This document shows, one piece after another, positions 10,933-20,168 of a stretch of 64,000 nucleotides of DNA (the first letter of the stretch is position 1; each line of letters starts with the position of its first letter). The position numbers and the translations under genes were made by a program. The DNA is taken from IMG/VR virus record IMGVR_UViG_3300027759_000080, positions 3,874 to 67,873 of that record. The stretch is one strand, 5' to 3'. The stretch comes from a virus. The notes beneath the pieces were generated by a model. That model worked only from the letters and a program-made list of their open reading frames with translations, did no database searches and had not been told where the DNA came from.

Positions 10933-11031
10933 CAATAGTGGAAGAGATTCCATCAACTAATAAGGAGATAGTTAAAGTTGTACTAATCCTCACAGCGTTG
11001 TGGTCAATTGCTTTTTACATAATATATTTAT

Positions 11032-11502
11032 ATGAAAGTAAATAAAATAAATAAGGCAGGATTAGACTTAATTAAATCTTTTGAAGGATTTAGCGCAAAG
11101 GCTTATGTAGACCCAGCAACAGGTGGACTACCAATAACTATAGGCTACGGTTCAACAAGATACAGCGATGGTAGTAAGGTGAAGATGACTGACCCTGTTT
11201 TGTCAATGGAGGCAGCAGAGAAGTTATTAGCCGATACTATGGGGCAGTACGAGTTAGCAGTTGATGCTATGGCAGTTGATACACTTAATGCTAATCAATT
11301 CTCAGCATTGGTATCTTTCTGTTATAACTGTGGAGCAGGTAACTTAAAGAGTTCTACACTATTAAAGAAGGTAAATATTAACCCTAACGACCCTACTATT
11401 GCAGCAGAATTTAGCCGTTGGAATAAAGGTGCAGGAAATGTTTTGGCAGGCTTGACTCGCAGAAGAAAAGCAGAGCACGAACTTTATTTTAAACCTTGCT
11501 AA
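11032..11502 (+). CDS. Endolysin, GH24 lysozyme
   Basis: 'FEG...YVD...TIGYGST', 'ALVSFCYNCG', 'GLTRRRKAE'. Confidence 0.92.
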   Translation: MKVNKINKAGLDLIKSFEGFSAKAYVDPATGGLPITIGYGSTRYSDGSKVKMTDPVLSMEAAEKLLADTMGQYELAVDAMAVDTLNANQFSALVSFCYNCGAGNLKSSTLLKKVNINPNDPTIAAEFSRWNKGAGNVLAGLTRRRKAEHELYFKPC

Positions 11503-11563
11503 TAATTAAATTATGGCACTTCGTAAATGGAACTGCTAACAAAAAACAAAAAACAATAAAACT

Positions 11564-11863
11564 ATGATAGTATTTGCAATCTTATTATTACTACAGACTT
11601 GCTTAAATGCAATGTCGGATTCAATAGTGCATCATGATGCTTACAAGAACTACGGATACTTCTTTTCAAAGGAGGCAGCAGAAGCACCTAAGTTTGATTG
11701 GTTTCATAGATACTTTCCAATGTTCCATGATTTTTGGCACTTATCAAAGGTATTACAAACCTTATGTACTGTAGGAGTGATTTATATTGCTACAGGTTCA
11801 TTTATATTTGTTATTGCCATACTTGTGGCTAGAGGCTTACTATTTAATATCGTATACAAATGA
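11564..11863 (+). CDS. Membrane protein in lysis cassette
   Basis: Hydrophobic ends, 'DFWHLSK'. Confidence 0.55.
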   Translation: MIVFAILLLLQTCLNAMSDSIVHHDAYKNYGYFFSKEAAEAPKFDWFHRYFPMFHDFWHLSKVLQTLCTVGVIYIATGSFIFVIAILVARGLLFNIVYK

Positions 11864-12354
11864 GAATCAAACTAATTCTATTACTGTTAGTAATATCGTC
11901 ATGCTCAAGCCAATACCATTTACGCATGGCACTGAAGAAAAATCCTAAGTTAGGAGACTCAACAACTGTTTTAGTTCCTTACTACAAGGACACTACGATT
12001 ACATTTACTATTGTAGGGGATACTTCTGACCAAGCAAAGAAGTTTAAGGAATGGTACAAACAGGCATCGGATTCAATGACTATAGCTTTTAATGATAGCT
12101 TTGTACAGGTGAGCCAAGTAATTGACTCTCTTGGTAATTTAAAGACTAAGGTGATTAGAAAACCTTTTGTATCTTATATTAGGGTAACTATAAACGAAAC
12201 AGTGAAAATGAAAGTGCCACCGAGAATTGTATTAAAAGAAAAACAAACCATGTGGCAAAAGATTAAATCCTATGCTATTGACTGGCTTGCTTTTCTTGGT
12301 ATTATTTTTATTGTTATTTTACTATTTAGAAAATTAGTTAGTATGCTTAGCTAG
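11860..12354 (+). CDS. Putative unimolecular spanin
   Basis: Lipobox ISS-C15 and C-terminal TM helix; after endolysin. Confidence 0.7.
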   Translation: MRIKLILLLLVISSCSSQYHLRMALKKNPKLGDSTTVLVPYYKDTTITFTIVGDTSDQAKKFKEWYKQASDSMTIAFNDSFVQVSQVIDSLGNLKTKVIRKPFVSYIRVTINETVKMKVPPRIVLKEKQTMWQKIKSYAIDWLAFLGIIFIVILLFRKLVSMLS

Positions 12355-12622
12355 TCCTATTAGTAGCATTAGTCCTATCCACCAAGAACTTCCACATAGC
12401 CTGTAGCTTTGCTAATTTGTCTGCGAATGGGAGCTCTTTAGCTTCTGTCCTTACCTTACTATCGTCATACCTTTTAAATGAGCTACAATGCTCTTGTAAG
12501 TGGTAAAAAGATATAGATGTGTGTTCTTTTTGATTCTTCATGAATCTTGCACATTCGTGTCTATCCTTGCACAATCTTCTTGTGTCGTGGTCTTCTGCGT
12601 TACATGGTTTGAGTTTTCCCAT
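12347..12622 (-). CDS. Hypothetical Cys-rich protein
   Basis: C...C..R..C.RF pattern. Confidence 0.55.
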   Translation of the reverse strand: MGKLKPCNAEDHDTRRLCKDRHECARFMKNQKEHTSISFYHLQEHCSSFKRYDDSKVRTEAKELPFADKLAKLQAMWKFLVDRTNATNRTS

Positions 12623-12887
12623 AGTTGTTTTTTGGTTTTAATATGTTTACTGGTTCTTGTCCTTTTTCTATTAACTTTATATCAACAGACTTGGCAGCCT
12701 CTTTTTCAGTAAGGAAGAACACAGCCCAATTATACTTACTTATCTGAGCCTTATAGTATATCTCGCCCTTGTAATCAAACAAAGAAACATGGGCATACTC
12801 ATCCGACTTGCGTACATACTTCTTTTCCTTTTTTGTTCTTACAATTAAGACTACGTCCTCTCTCTTCTCTAATTTTTTAATTCCCAT
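12600..12887 (-). CDS. AP2-like DNA-binding protein
   Basis: 'YAHVS...YKAQI...F.TEKEAA...D' resembles AP2. Confidence 0.5.
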   Translation of the reverse strand: MGIKKLEKREDVVLIVRTKKEKKYVRKSDEYAHVSLFDYKGEIYYKAQISKYNWAVFFLTEKEAAKSVDIKLIEKGQEPVNILKPKNNYGKTQTM

Positions 12888-12891
12888 GTTT

Positions 12892-13089
12892 TTACTCCTC
12901 CTCCATTTCTACTTCATCTATTGAATGTGATAGCACTAAGAACTTTTCTCCTGTCTCAAGGTTCATTAGCACTATATCATATATTGGTCTTAACTCCTTC
13001 ATTGTTGCGCCTACTCTTGTGGCATCTATCAGAACCTTCATATCGGGATGTTCGTCCTTTAGTACTTGTATTAGTTGTGTAACATCCAT
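12892..13089 (-). CDS. Hypothetical protein
   Basis: 65 aa, coupled ORF. Confidence 0.55.
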   Translation of the reverse strand: MDVTQLIQVLKDEHPDMKVLIDATRVGATMKELRPIYDIVLMNLETGEKFLVLSHSIDEVEMEEE

Positions 13090-13775
13090 TACAGTATAGG
13101 TCTGACAAAGATTGATATTAATAAATCTCTTTGCTCTACAGCCTTCTCTATCTCTTCCATCATCTTCTTCTGAACAGCAGCATCCCTTTTAATTAGCTTG
13201 TAGAATATTCTAGCTTCTAGGGGTAAATTTATTTCAATCTTGTTTCCATCATCATCATACTGAGTGCTTGTCAAGTAGCGCACTAGGTAATGCTCTTCTA
13301 CAGGAGGATGTCCTAGTGCCTCATTAGACTTAGACAGAGCCATCATCTGACACTGTGCTTGGTAGAAGTATTCCTTAGGTACGTCTTGGTACTCAGAATT
13401 CTTATCATCAAACATCATCATCTTCTGCTCAAAGAACTTCTCTGTAGGACACTTGATATCTCCACTAGCTATGATAACATCTCCATCCATAACTGCGAAG
13501 TCGGGTGTAGCTCCACTATTCTCATTGATAGGGTAGTAACGCTCCTCTAGGTATACGGCATTGATTCCTGTTGTTGCTACAAAGTTCTCTAGAGCCTCTG
13601 ACTCATTTAGAATACCATGGTCGGTGTGCCTGCTGCTGAAAGACTTGGAGTAGCCCTTAACACTCTCCTCTGCTTTATTAAATATGTACTTATCCTTGGT
13701 AGCACCCTTGCCACCTATGAATAAATTGTAGATACCTGATGCGGTAAATTTACCTCGTCTCTCTTTGCTTAGCAT
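13089..13775 (-). CDS. YqaJ/lambda-exonuclease family protein
   Basis: 'RRGKFTAS', 'GATPD', 'DIKCP', 'YFYQAQCQM'. Confidence 0.85.
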   Translation of the reverse strand: MLSKERRGKFTASGIYNLFIGGKGATKDKYIFNKAEESVKGYSKSFSSRHTDHGILNESEALENFVATTGINAVYLEERYYPINENSGATPDFAVMDGDVIIASGDIKCPTEKFFEQKMMMFDDKNSEYQDVPKEYFYQAQCQMMALSKSNEALGHPPVEEHYLVRYLTSTQYDDDGNKIEINLPLEARIFYKLIKRDAAVQKKMMEEIEKAVEQRDLLISIFVRPIL

Positions 13776-13938
13776 ATATATATTATTTAATTATTTTGGC
13801 TTGTTTTTATGTTAATAGACTGGACAAAATTCTTGTATTTGTTCCTCTGTTATTCTTTGCTTTATTAAAGCTACTTCTTCTTTGGGCAAGGAAGCTATCT
13901 CTAACTCCCTTGCTTGTCCAAATAAATCTTTACTCATG

Positions 13939-14613
13939 CTAGAACGGAAGATTATCGTTCTCCTCATCATCAGACACTTTAGTAGGTGCTACTGCTTTTG
14001 TATCTTCTACTTTTGACGCATACTCAGGAGCAGGTGCTCCACCTAACTTAGGAACGATGGTAGTCATAATTAAATTCTCTAACCACTCCATTTGTTTTGT
14101 GTCATCCCACTGCAAAGAACCCTTAACTTTAATCTGCTCCATAGGAGGTAAGCCATTAGGATTCTCCTTAGGGAATGCGGTCTCAACCTTATGTCCTTTA
14201 GTCATTCCACCTTGGTACACTACTAAGTAATCCTTGTCCTTCTTACTAACCTCGTTAAAGATTCTAAAAACCTTTAAGATAACGTCCTTAGAGAAGTCAA
14301 TGTTTGGTAACTTATTTAGTAAGCCCATTGTTGTTCCACCCGAGTACGATAGGTGTAGGTAATAGAAGTCGATACCATCACGAATTGTTACTACCCATAC
14401 CTTAGGTGCGTAAGGAGAAGGCTCTATGTGTATGTTAACGATTTGACCCGATAATGTATCAAAGTGTAGTTCATGCACCTCTACGCCCATCTTATTGGTT
14501 CTAGTTACTGCACCTTCTGTGCCTGCCTTAACCTTCTGAGTGATTTTACCACCTGTAATGTTAAGGTAGTTCTTGATTGAGCCATTAGGCTCTTCTGTTG
14601 TTGATAATCCCAT
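13939..14613 (-). CDS. Putative ssDNA-binding protein
   Basis: Acidic tail 'DDEENDNLPF'; next to exonuclease. Confidence 0.6.
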   Translation of the reverse strand: MGLSTTEEPNGSIKNYLNITGGKITQKVKAGTEGAVTRTNKMGVEVHELHFDTLSGQIVNIHIEPSPYAPKVWVVTIRDGIDFYYLHLSYSGGTTMGLLNKLPNIDFSKDVILKVFRIFNEVSKKDKDYLVVYQGGMTKGHKVETAFPKENPNGLPPMEQIKVKGSLQWDDTKQMEWLENLIMTTIVPKLGGAPAPEYASKVEDTKAVAPTKVSDDEENDNLPF

Positions 14614-14637
14614 CTGTTTTATTTATTATTTGTTTAT

Positions 14638-14817
14638 TTAATCTTTAAATGTTTCGTTGTAGTAATCTTCTGCGTTAACTAATTGAATATCTCCTTCATT
14701 GTAAGCATCAATTATTTGTTGCTTTTCCATTTCTTTGGCTTGTTCAATATGTTTTGGTTGAAATCCATTAAGGCTAATTTGTCCTAATAACCATTCTACT
14801 GCTGTTTGTTTGCTCAT
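14638..14817 (-). CDS. Small 'KQTAVEWL' family protein (59 aa), not in ORF track
   Basis: MSKQTAVEWL...EQAKEMEKQQ...YYNETFKD. Confidence 0.75.
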   Translation of the reverse strand: MSKQTAVEWLLGQISLNGFQPKHIEQAKEMEKQQIIDAYNEGDIQLVNAEDYYNETFKD

Positions 14818-15077
14818 TTCTTTTCGTTTTTAAGTTTTGTTTTATAAATTTGCAATAGTTCTTCACCATCACCATAAATTATTTGATTTTCATCCAAACA
14901 CCATTCAGAAAAACCAATTGCTAATTCATCTTGCTGTTTTTGTTCCATTTCTTTTGCTTGTTCAAGAATTTTATGTTTTATTTCAATATATTCTAAATTT
15001 TCTATTTGCTCTAAAGCATAATTCATATTAACTCTTTGAAGTTCGTAGAATAACCATTCTGTTGATGTATTTTTCAT
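14814..15077 (-). CDS. 'KQTAVEWL' family paralog
   Basis: 'TSTEWL...EQAKEME'. Confidence 0.65.
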   Translation of the reverse strand: MKNTSTEWLFYELQRVNMNYALEQIENLEYIEIKHKILEQAKEMEQKQQDELAIGFSEWCLDENQIIYGDGEELLQIYKTKLKNEKK

Positions 15078-15442
15078 TTTATTTTTATCATTTTTTTATT
15101 TTTACTAATATGAATCCAATCATACAATTCACTATTATGATATACTTTTTGTTTGGTAGTATTGTTTAATTTAACAAATTCACTGACCATTAAATATCCG
15201 TACAGGTTAAAATTAATTTCAAACTTATAGTGACCACCTCTTGTTGATTGATGCCAATGAAAATGCCAAAATATACTATTCTTTAATTCTTCAATTATTG
15301 TTTCGTTATTAGAATGACCATAAGTACTTAAGTTTAAATTTAGTATCATACAACCATTTTTATTAACCCATTCTTTAGAAATATCATATAACCAATTATT
15401 TTCTAAATAACCAATTATTTGTACTGCTGTTTGTTTGCTCAT
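15074..15442 (-). CDS. Hypothetical protein
   Basis: 122 aa, begins MSKQTAV. Confidence 0.6.
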   Translation of the reverse strand: MSKQTAVQIIGYLENNWLYDISKEWVNKNGCMILNLNLSTYGHSNNETIIEELKNSIFWHFHWHQSTRGGHYKFEINFNLYGYLMVSEFVKLNNTTKQKVYHNSELYDWIHISKNKKMIKIK

Positions 15443-15448
15443 TTCTTT

Positions 15449-15778
15449 TTATTTTTTAATTGTTAATATTTCAAAGAGTATAAACTCGCCACCCTTGATA
15501 GTCTTCTCCTTCTTTACGTTTAGCTCTACAATATCCTTATCGTTAAACTCGTACCTTTTCTGAAGGATGTCAATGAATGGTTTCAGCCCATTGTCTATAT
15601 CTGCTAGAGGTGAGGACAATCCAAAGACTATATTCAATAAGTACGGAGGCACACCAACTTTTATGTTTGGCAGTAAGAGTATGCACCTCTTCTCGTATGA
15701 AATATATTCCTTTGTCTTGAACCTTTTGCCTTGCCAACACTTATTGACACTGAGCGGTTTTATATCTAATCTCTTCAC
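15449..15778 (-). CDS. RusA-like Holliday junction resolvase
   Basis: 'PLSVN', 'DIDNGLKPFIDIL', 'NDKDI'. Confidence 0.85.
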   Translation of the reverse strand: MKRLDIKPLSVNKCWQGKRFKTKEYISYEKRCILLLPNIKVGVPPYLLNIVFGLSSPLADIDNGLKPFIDILQKRYEFNDKDIVELNVKKEKTIKGGEFILFEILTIKK

Positions 15779-15993
15779 TAACGATTGAATTCAATTGGTA
15801 CTATGTTTATACTATCAAATCCTTCACCTTCATAATCGAGTTCAATGTCAATCTTAAAAGTAAAAGATTTTTCTGATATTCTTGCGTCACACCAATCTCT
15901 TAGGCTTCTTACTGTAATATGGTCTCCATATGTATGAGCCATATCAATAATTTTTTCTTGAGGATTTATTTCTGCTAGCATATTAGTTACCAT
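15778..15993 (-). CDS. Hypothetical protein
   Basis: 71 aa ORF. Confidence 0.5.
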   Translation of the reverse strand: MVTNMLAEINPQEKIIDMAHTYGDHITVRSLRDWCDARISEKSFTFKIDIELDYEGEGFDSINIVPIEFNR

Positions 15994-16276
15994 TAAACCA
16001 TAAGTAATCTAGAATGTATATAGGATACCCTTCTCCTTTACTACCTTGGATATTGTAGTCAAAGAACTCGATTGCTTCCTCCCAAGTCATCTCACTATCC
16101 TTAACTAGCTTCTCTAGTATAAGTTGTGTGGAGTAGACTAGGATAGTGTCACCTGTACTTTCTACACCTACGATACAATCATCAAAACCATCAGCCTTGA
16201 TAATGTCTTCCTCGTTGAACATCTCTAGTATGTCATCAAGGGAAATTGTTGTTGTTGTTTTTTCTGTTTTTTTCAT
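15983..16276 (-). CDS. Phage hypothetical protein
   Basis: 'ADGFDDCIVG...EEAIEFFDYNI'; start likely ATG 16276 downstream of promoter. Confidence 0.65.
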   Translation of the reverse strand: MKKTEKTTTTISLDDILEMFNEEDIIKADGFDDCIVGVESTGDTILVYSTQLILEKLVKDSEMTWEEAIEFFDYNIQGSKGEGYPIYILDYLWFNGN

Positions 16277-16303
16277 GTGTTTTTTTTTATTATTATTGTT
16301 CTG

Positions 16304-16374
16304 CAAAGATAATATTTCATATCGCAATACAAAATATATTATTCTTGTTTTGTGGATTTATTTAAATATATTTG
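16304..16374. promoter_or_regulatory. Divergent promoter pair
   Basis: TATCTTTG on - (16304-16311); TTG-N19-TATATTTG on + (16367-16374). Confidence 0.7.
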
Positions 16375-16393
16375 CAACTATAGTTTATATAAT

Positions 16394-16729
16394 ATGAAAA
16401 TAAGTAATTTTGAATCTTATAGGGAGAACCCTATGAATAGTGATAGTAAGAGCAGTGCTAAGGATAGCATTAGAATAAATAAGAGAGCATTTGCAATTAT
16501 CAAGGACTTTAGTACATCTTCTTTTAAAGTTTGGTGCTACATAGCATCGGTTAAGGAGCATAATAATGATGAGGTGCATATTAGTATAGATGACTGCGCT
16601 GAGTTCTGTAATTACAGTTCCAAGGTAGCTGTGTATAAAGGAATAATTGAATTACTAGAGGCTAACTTTATCTTCAGGAAGACTGGGTCTAACTCTCTTT
16701 ACTTTGTTAACATTGAAAAGTTGTTCTGA
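16394..16729 (+). CDS. RepL-like winged-HTH protein
   Basis: 'VYKGIIELLEANFI...YFVN'; start set downstream of promoter. Confidence 0.55.
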   Translation: MKISNFESYRENPMNSDSKSSAKDSIRINKRAFAIIKDFSTSSFKVWCYIASVKEHNNDEVHISIDDCAEFCNYSSKVAVYKGIIELLEANFIFRKTGSNSLYFVNIEKLF

Positions 16730-16731
16730 AA

Positions 16732-17184
16732 ATGAGCCTAATTATACCAAAGAAAAAACTATGCAAGTGCGGATGCGGTGAACTAGGATACATATGGGCT
16801 AGAGGCTTCATTAAAGGACACGAGAATAAAGGTAGTGTAAAAAGGATAAAGAAGATAAGCGATAAGCAAAAGAATCGTATAGTAGCAAATAAAAGCTATT
16901 ATGCTCAAGAGATTGCTCGTCACCAAGAGGAGAACAAAGGACAGTGCCCATGTGAGAACTGCGGTGTTGAGATAATTAATCCTAGTGGAAGGAACGTGAG
17001 CCACATCATAGCAGGCTCGTCAAACAGTGCCTTGTACCACCATCCCTTGAATAGATTCATCCTATGTCACGACTGCGAAAGGATATGGACTAACGAAGAT
17101 AAGACAAAACTAAAAATCTACCATAGCTCCGAGGAACGTATGATAGATTTAAAGAATTTCTACTACACCACAATGATGGTCTAA
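16732..17184 (+). CDS. HNH-like zinc-binding nuclease
   Basis: CKCGCG, CENCG, 'SHII', 'N...LCHDC'. Confidence 0.6.
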   Translation: MSLIIPKKKLCKCGCGELGYIWARGFIKGHENKGSVKRIKKISDKQKNRIVANKSYYAQEIARHQEENKGQCPCENCGVEIINPSGRNVSHIIAGSSNSALYHHPLNRFILCHDCERIWTNEDKTKLKIYHSSEERMIDLKNFYYTTMMV

Positions 17185-17348
17185 CTTCCACAGGCTATGC
17201 ACTCATCGTCATCCAATTCGGGACGTAGTGCAATCTCAGGATTTAACTTTAGCTTTAGTTTGTATATCTCATCGTGGATTTCACTATCAATGAATAGGTT
17301 ACCAACGAGTTTTGTTTTAAGTTCTGCTATCTGCTCTTGTATTGTCAT
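17181..17348 (-). CDS. 55-aa protein ending CIACGS, not in ORF track
   Basis: MTIQEQIAELK...DDDECIACGS*. Confidence 0.7.
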   Translation of the reverse strand: MTIQEQIAELKTKLVGNLFIDSEIHDEIYKLKLKLNPEIALRPELDDDECIACGS

Positions 17349-17355
17349 ATTATTA

Positions 17356-17736
17356 TTACCTCCATTTTGTTATTAAGTTATACTTATCTTGAATCTCCAT
17401 CCAAACTTTATACTTCACATCCCTTGAACCAAGGTCTTCTATATTCTCAATATTCTTACATTGAGCCAATATACTAGTATGGTCGTATGCCTTTAAGAAT
17501 AGTTCTCCTATAGCTTTTAAACTTAGCTTAGTATGTTTTCTTACTAGTGAAGTGAAGCACTGCCTAGCAAATGTTAAATCATGTTTCCTACATACTCTAT
17601 CATACTCCTCAAAACTAATACCTAGCACCATTCTAACGGCATCTTTAGAAGCATCTATGGTTTGCACTTCACTTAATTTAATTCTATTTGTTAGTGGGAC
17701 GTGCGTATTCCACCATATTGCGTAAACTCCTCTCAT
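17356..17736 (-). CDS. DnaA domain IV-like HTH protein
   Basis: 'ARQ...LSLKAIGELF...DHTSIL' matches DnaA C-terminal pattern. Confidence 0.75.
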   Translation of the reverse strand: MRGVYAIWWNTHVPLTNRIKLSEVQTIDASKDAVRMVLGISFEEYDRVCRKHDLTFARQCFTSLVRKHTKLSLKAIGELFLKAYDHTSILAQCKNIENIEDLGSRDVKYKVWMEIQDKYNLITKWR

Positions 17737-17737
17737 A

Positions 17738-17977
17738 CTAACTTAAATCCTCCTCATGTTCTGGGTTTATTGGTTTATAAATGTGCTTGGTCTTCGTGTT
17801 TTTAGGTGGCATTATAGTATCTACTATATCTCTTGCCATTGCTATAGCCATCCTTTCTAGGCTCTTACCACCAAGTCCACCGCTATTGTTTAGTGCATAC
17901 AAGCAACTAGGGATGTAAAAAGTTACTAGGTATTCTCTATAACTCTCTTCTGATACAAAATCATTCTTTGCTTTCAT
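17738..17977 (-). CDS. Hypothetical protein
   Basis: 79 aa ORF. Confidence 0.55.
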   Translation of the reverse strand: MKAKNDFVSEESYREYLVTFYIPSCLYALNNSGGLGGKSLERMAIAMARDIVDTIMPPKNTKTKHIYKPINPEHEEDLS

Positions 17978-18162
17978 ATTTTTTTATTATTTTTTTAACT
18001 GTTGCCAATAGAATTTATCTAGCTCTAACTTGTTAACCACCTCTATGTCGTTCTCGTTGCAGTAATGGATAGCCTTCTGAATACTAGTGAACCTAACACT
18101 CTCTCCCTTACCGACAGGAAATGTTAAACATGATACACCGTTGGTTGATAATTTAACTTTCA

Positions 18163-18369
18163 TTATCCAATTCCTCCTATACTCTTTTTAGGGCTCTCTA
18201 ATAGCTTAACTTTCATTCTATCTGATATGAATAACACTTGTCTATCTAAAGGGCTTAAATCAACGTAAAAATCTGCCGTATGGCTAACCATTGGCTTAGG
18301 ATATTCTGCTCTCAAGATATCACTAGCTACTTTCAACTGTTCTGATGTTGCAAATTTAATCATTCTCAT
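18163..18369 (-). CDS. Hypothetical protein
   Basis: 68 aa ORF. Confidence 0.5.
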   Translation of the reverse strand: MRMIKFATSEQLKVASDILRAEYPKPMVSHTADFYVDLSPLDRQVLFISDRMKVKLLESPKKSIGGIG

Positions 18370-18526
18370 ATAATTTAATTATTAATTTTTTGACTTGTTT
18401 CTTGAATTCTTCGTGGTGCTTGGTTCTCACACTTATTGTCACCCCTTTGACCTCGAACCCGAAGCCCTTGCGCCCCGAGTTCTCTCTTTTACCACCCCAA
18501 CTACCTTTGCTCTTATTTATTTCCAT
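18356..18526 (-). CDS. Small basic putative DNA-binding protein (56 aa), not in ORF track
   Basis: 'WGGKRENSGRK' motif. Confidence 0.65.
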   Translation of the reverse strand: MEINKSKGSWGGKRENSGRKGFGFEVKGVTISVRTKHHEEFKKQVKKLIIKLYEND

Positions 18527-18789
18527 TACGATACTTTGTCTTTAAAATATTCTGATACTTTATAAAATGCGGTCTCAAACTCTTCTTCAGTGCTCACCTC
18601 CCAATTACCATGCAAGGCAACATTTACTGACACCTCGGTAATACTATTATTACCAAACTTTGATTGGCACACTTGAATAACCTCACCTTCACTTATTATT
18701 TTGTAAAAATGAATAGCACTATTCCTTACATACATTGGGAGACTCATCTCAACCATTTCCGTTACTGTTTTTCTTATTTCTACTTTCAT
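18526..18789 (-). CDS. Hypothetical protein
   Basis: 87 aa coupled ORF. Confidence 0.6.
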   Translation of the reverse strand: MKVEIRKTVTEMVEMSLPMYVRNSAIHFYKIISEGEVIQVCQSKFGNNSITEVSVNVALHGNWEVSTEEEFETAFYKVSEYFKDKVS

Positions 18790-18796
18790 ATTGTTA

Positions 18797-19027
18797 TTAT
18801 TGTTTTAAACTGATTAAATTATCCTCGTACCATCCGTACCACATATTAAAACTATCTTGGATGAAGTCCTTGTATACTAGGAGTTCGGTATCATCCTCAG
18901 ATATCTGATACATATTACCCTCCTCGTCTTCTAGAACATCCCTTAGCTCATCAAATGTTCTAGCATGGGCAAGTTCACAAGCCACTTCCATCACACTTAT
19001 TGTTATTAATTTATCTGCTGATTCCAT
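18797..19027 (-). CDS. Hypothetical acidic protein
   Basis: 76 aa ORF. Confidence 0.6.
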   Translation of the reverse strand: MESADKLITISVMEVACELAHARTFDELRDVLEDEEGNMYQISEDDTELLVYKDFIQDSFNMWYGWYEDNLISLKQ

Positions 19028-19120
19028 TATTTATTATTATCGTTAATTGTTTTGATTAATGTTCCTACCATAACCGCTAGGATTATGAATAGGCTAAACT
19101 TAATTATTTCTTCCACAATA

Positions 19121-19324
19121 CTATTCTATTGTATGTATTCTACTTGAGTCAGGAACTTCAGTGGCAAACAACTTGTTGTCACACCTTCTGAATAGTTCGT
19201 CATAACTAAACTCGTATTCTTTCATCCTCTTGATATCTTCTTCACTTTTAGCATAGAAGAATTGTGTTCCCATGTAGTCTCCATTGCAAATATGAACGAC
19301 TGCGAATAATTTATTATTTTCCAT
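19121..19324 (-). CDS. Hypothetical protein
   Basis: 67 aa ORF, A-rich leader. Confidence 0.55.
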   Translation of the reverse strand: MENNKLFAVVHICNGDYMGTQFFYAKSEEDIKRMKEYEFSYDELFRRCDNKLFATEVPDSSRIHTIE

Positions 19325-19356
19325 ATTATTTATTTCTCCTTTTTTTTATTATTTTA

Positions 19357-19800
19357 TTAAATTGTTGATGGTGTTCTTTGAGCTAGTTTGTCGCACTCTT
19401 CTTTGGTTATAAATCCATACCTACAAAAAGAATGCATGATAGAGTAGTTAGTGTGGAATATCATATCCATCCCACATCCACTTATTGTAAAGTAGCCATA
19501 ACTATTTTTGCTTTCTTTGTACCCTAGGGCTCTGAATAGGCACGAATAATTTCTTTGGTAGTATTCGTTATCGTTGTATGCGTATTTCTCACAACTAGTA
19601 AACTTAATCTTTCTACTCATGCCACTTGAAGACACCGACCCGATTACGTTAATCATCCTATTTTCTCTGACTGCCTTAACGTATGCCTCTGCATCAGATA
19701 TAAAAGTATCTACACTGTAGTAAGGCACGTTGTTTATGTCCTTAACTAAAGAAGTGTCAGACATAATTTTTTCTTTGATTTTTTCAATTTGATTTTCCAT
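19357..19800 (-). CDS. Phage hypothetical protein
   Basis: 'VSSSGMSR', 'GCGMDM' motifs. Confidence 0.65.
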   Translation of the reverse strand: MENQIEKIKEKIMSDTSLVKDINNVPYYSVDTFISDAEAYVKAVRENRMINVIGSVSSSGMSRKIKFTSCEKYAYNDNEYYQRNYSCLFRALGYKESKNSYGYFTISGCGMDMIFHTNYSIMHSFCRYGFITKEECDKLAQRTPSTI

Positions 19801-19974
19801 GTGTTTTTTTTGTTGTTTTTTTTTAAACTAGTTCCTCAATAATTCCTATAACTTCACTTGCTACTAATACCGAGACTGCTATCTCAATATCTACTACCAA
19901 TAGTATGTAACCTACTATTCTTATTACTGATTTAAATAGGCTTATTTGTAAGTGCCTCTTTGCGTTTGGATGAT

Positions 19975-20160
19975 TCATATTTTTTCTCCTTTTTCTTTTA
20001 TTAAATAAATGTTGTTTTCTTCTATCCACTCATCGACTATTCTCTCTGATTCGTCTCTGCATGAACCCATTTCTCCTAGTCCAAAGTCCTCGTTGGACAT
20101 CAGTGTTTCGTATATTTTATATACTAAACTGTTGTAACTTTTTTGCGTTATTGTATCCAT
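19975..20160 (-). CDS. Hypothetical protein
   Basis: 61 aa ORF. Confidence 0.5.
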   Translation of the reverse strand: MDTITQKSYNSLVYKIYETLMSNEDFGLGEMGSCRDESERIVDEWIEENNIYLIKEKGEKI

Positions 20161-20168
20161 ACTTTCTA

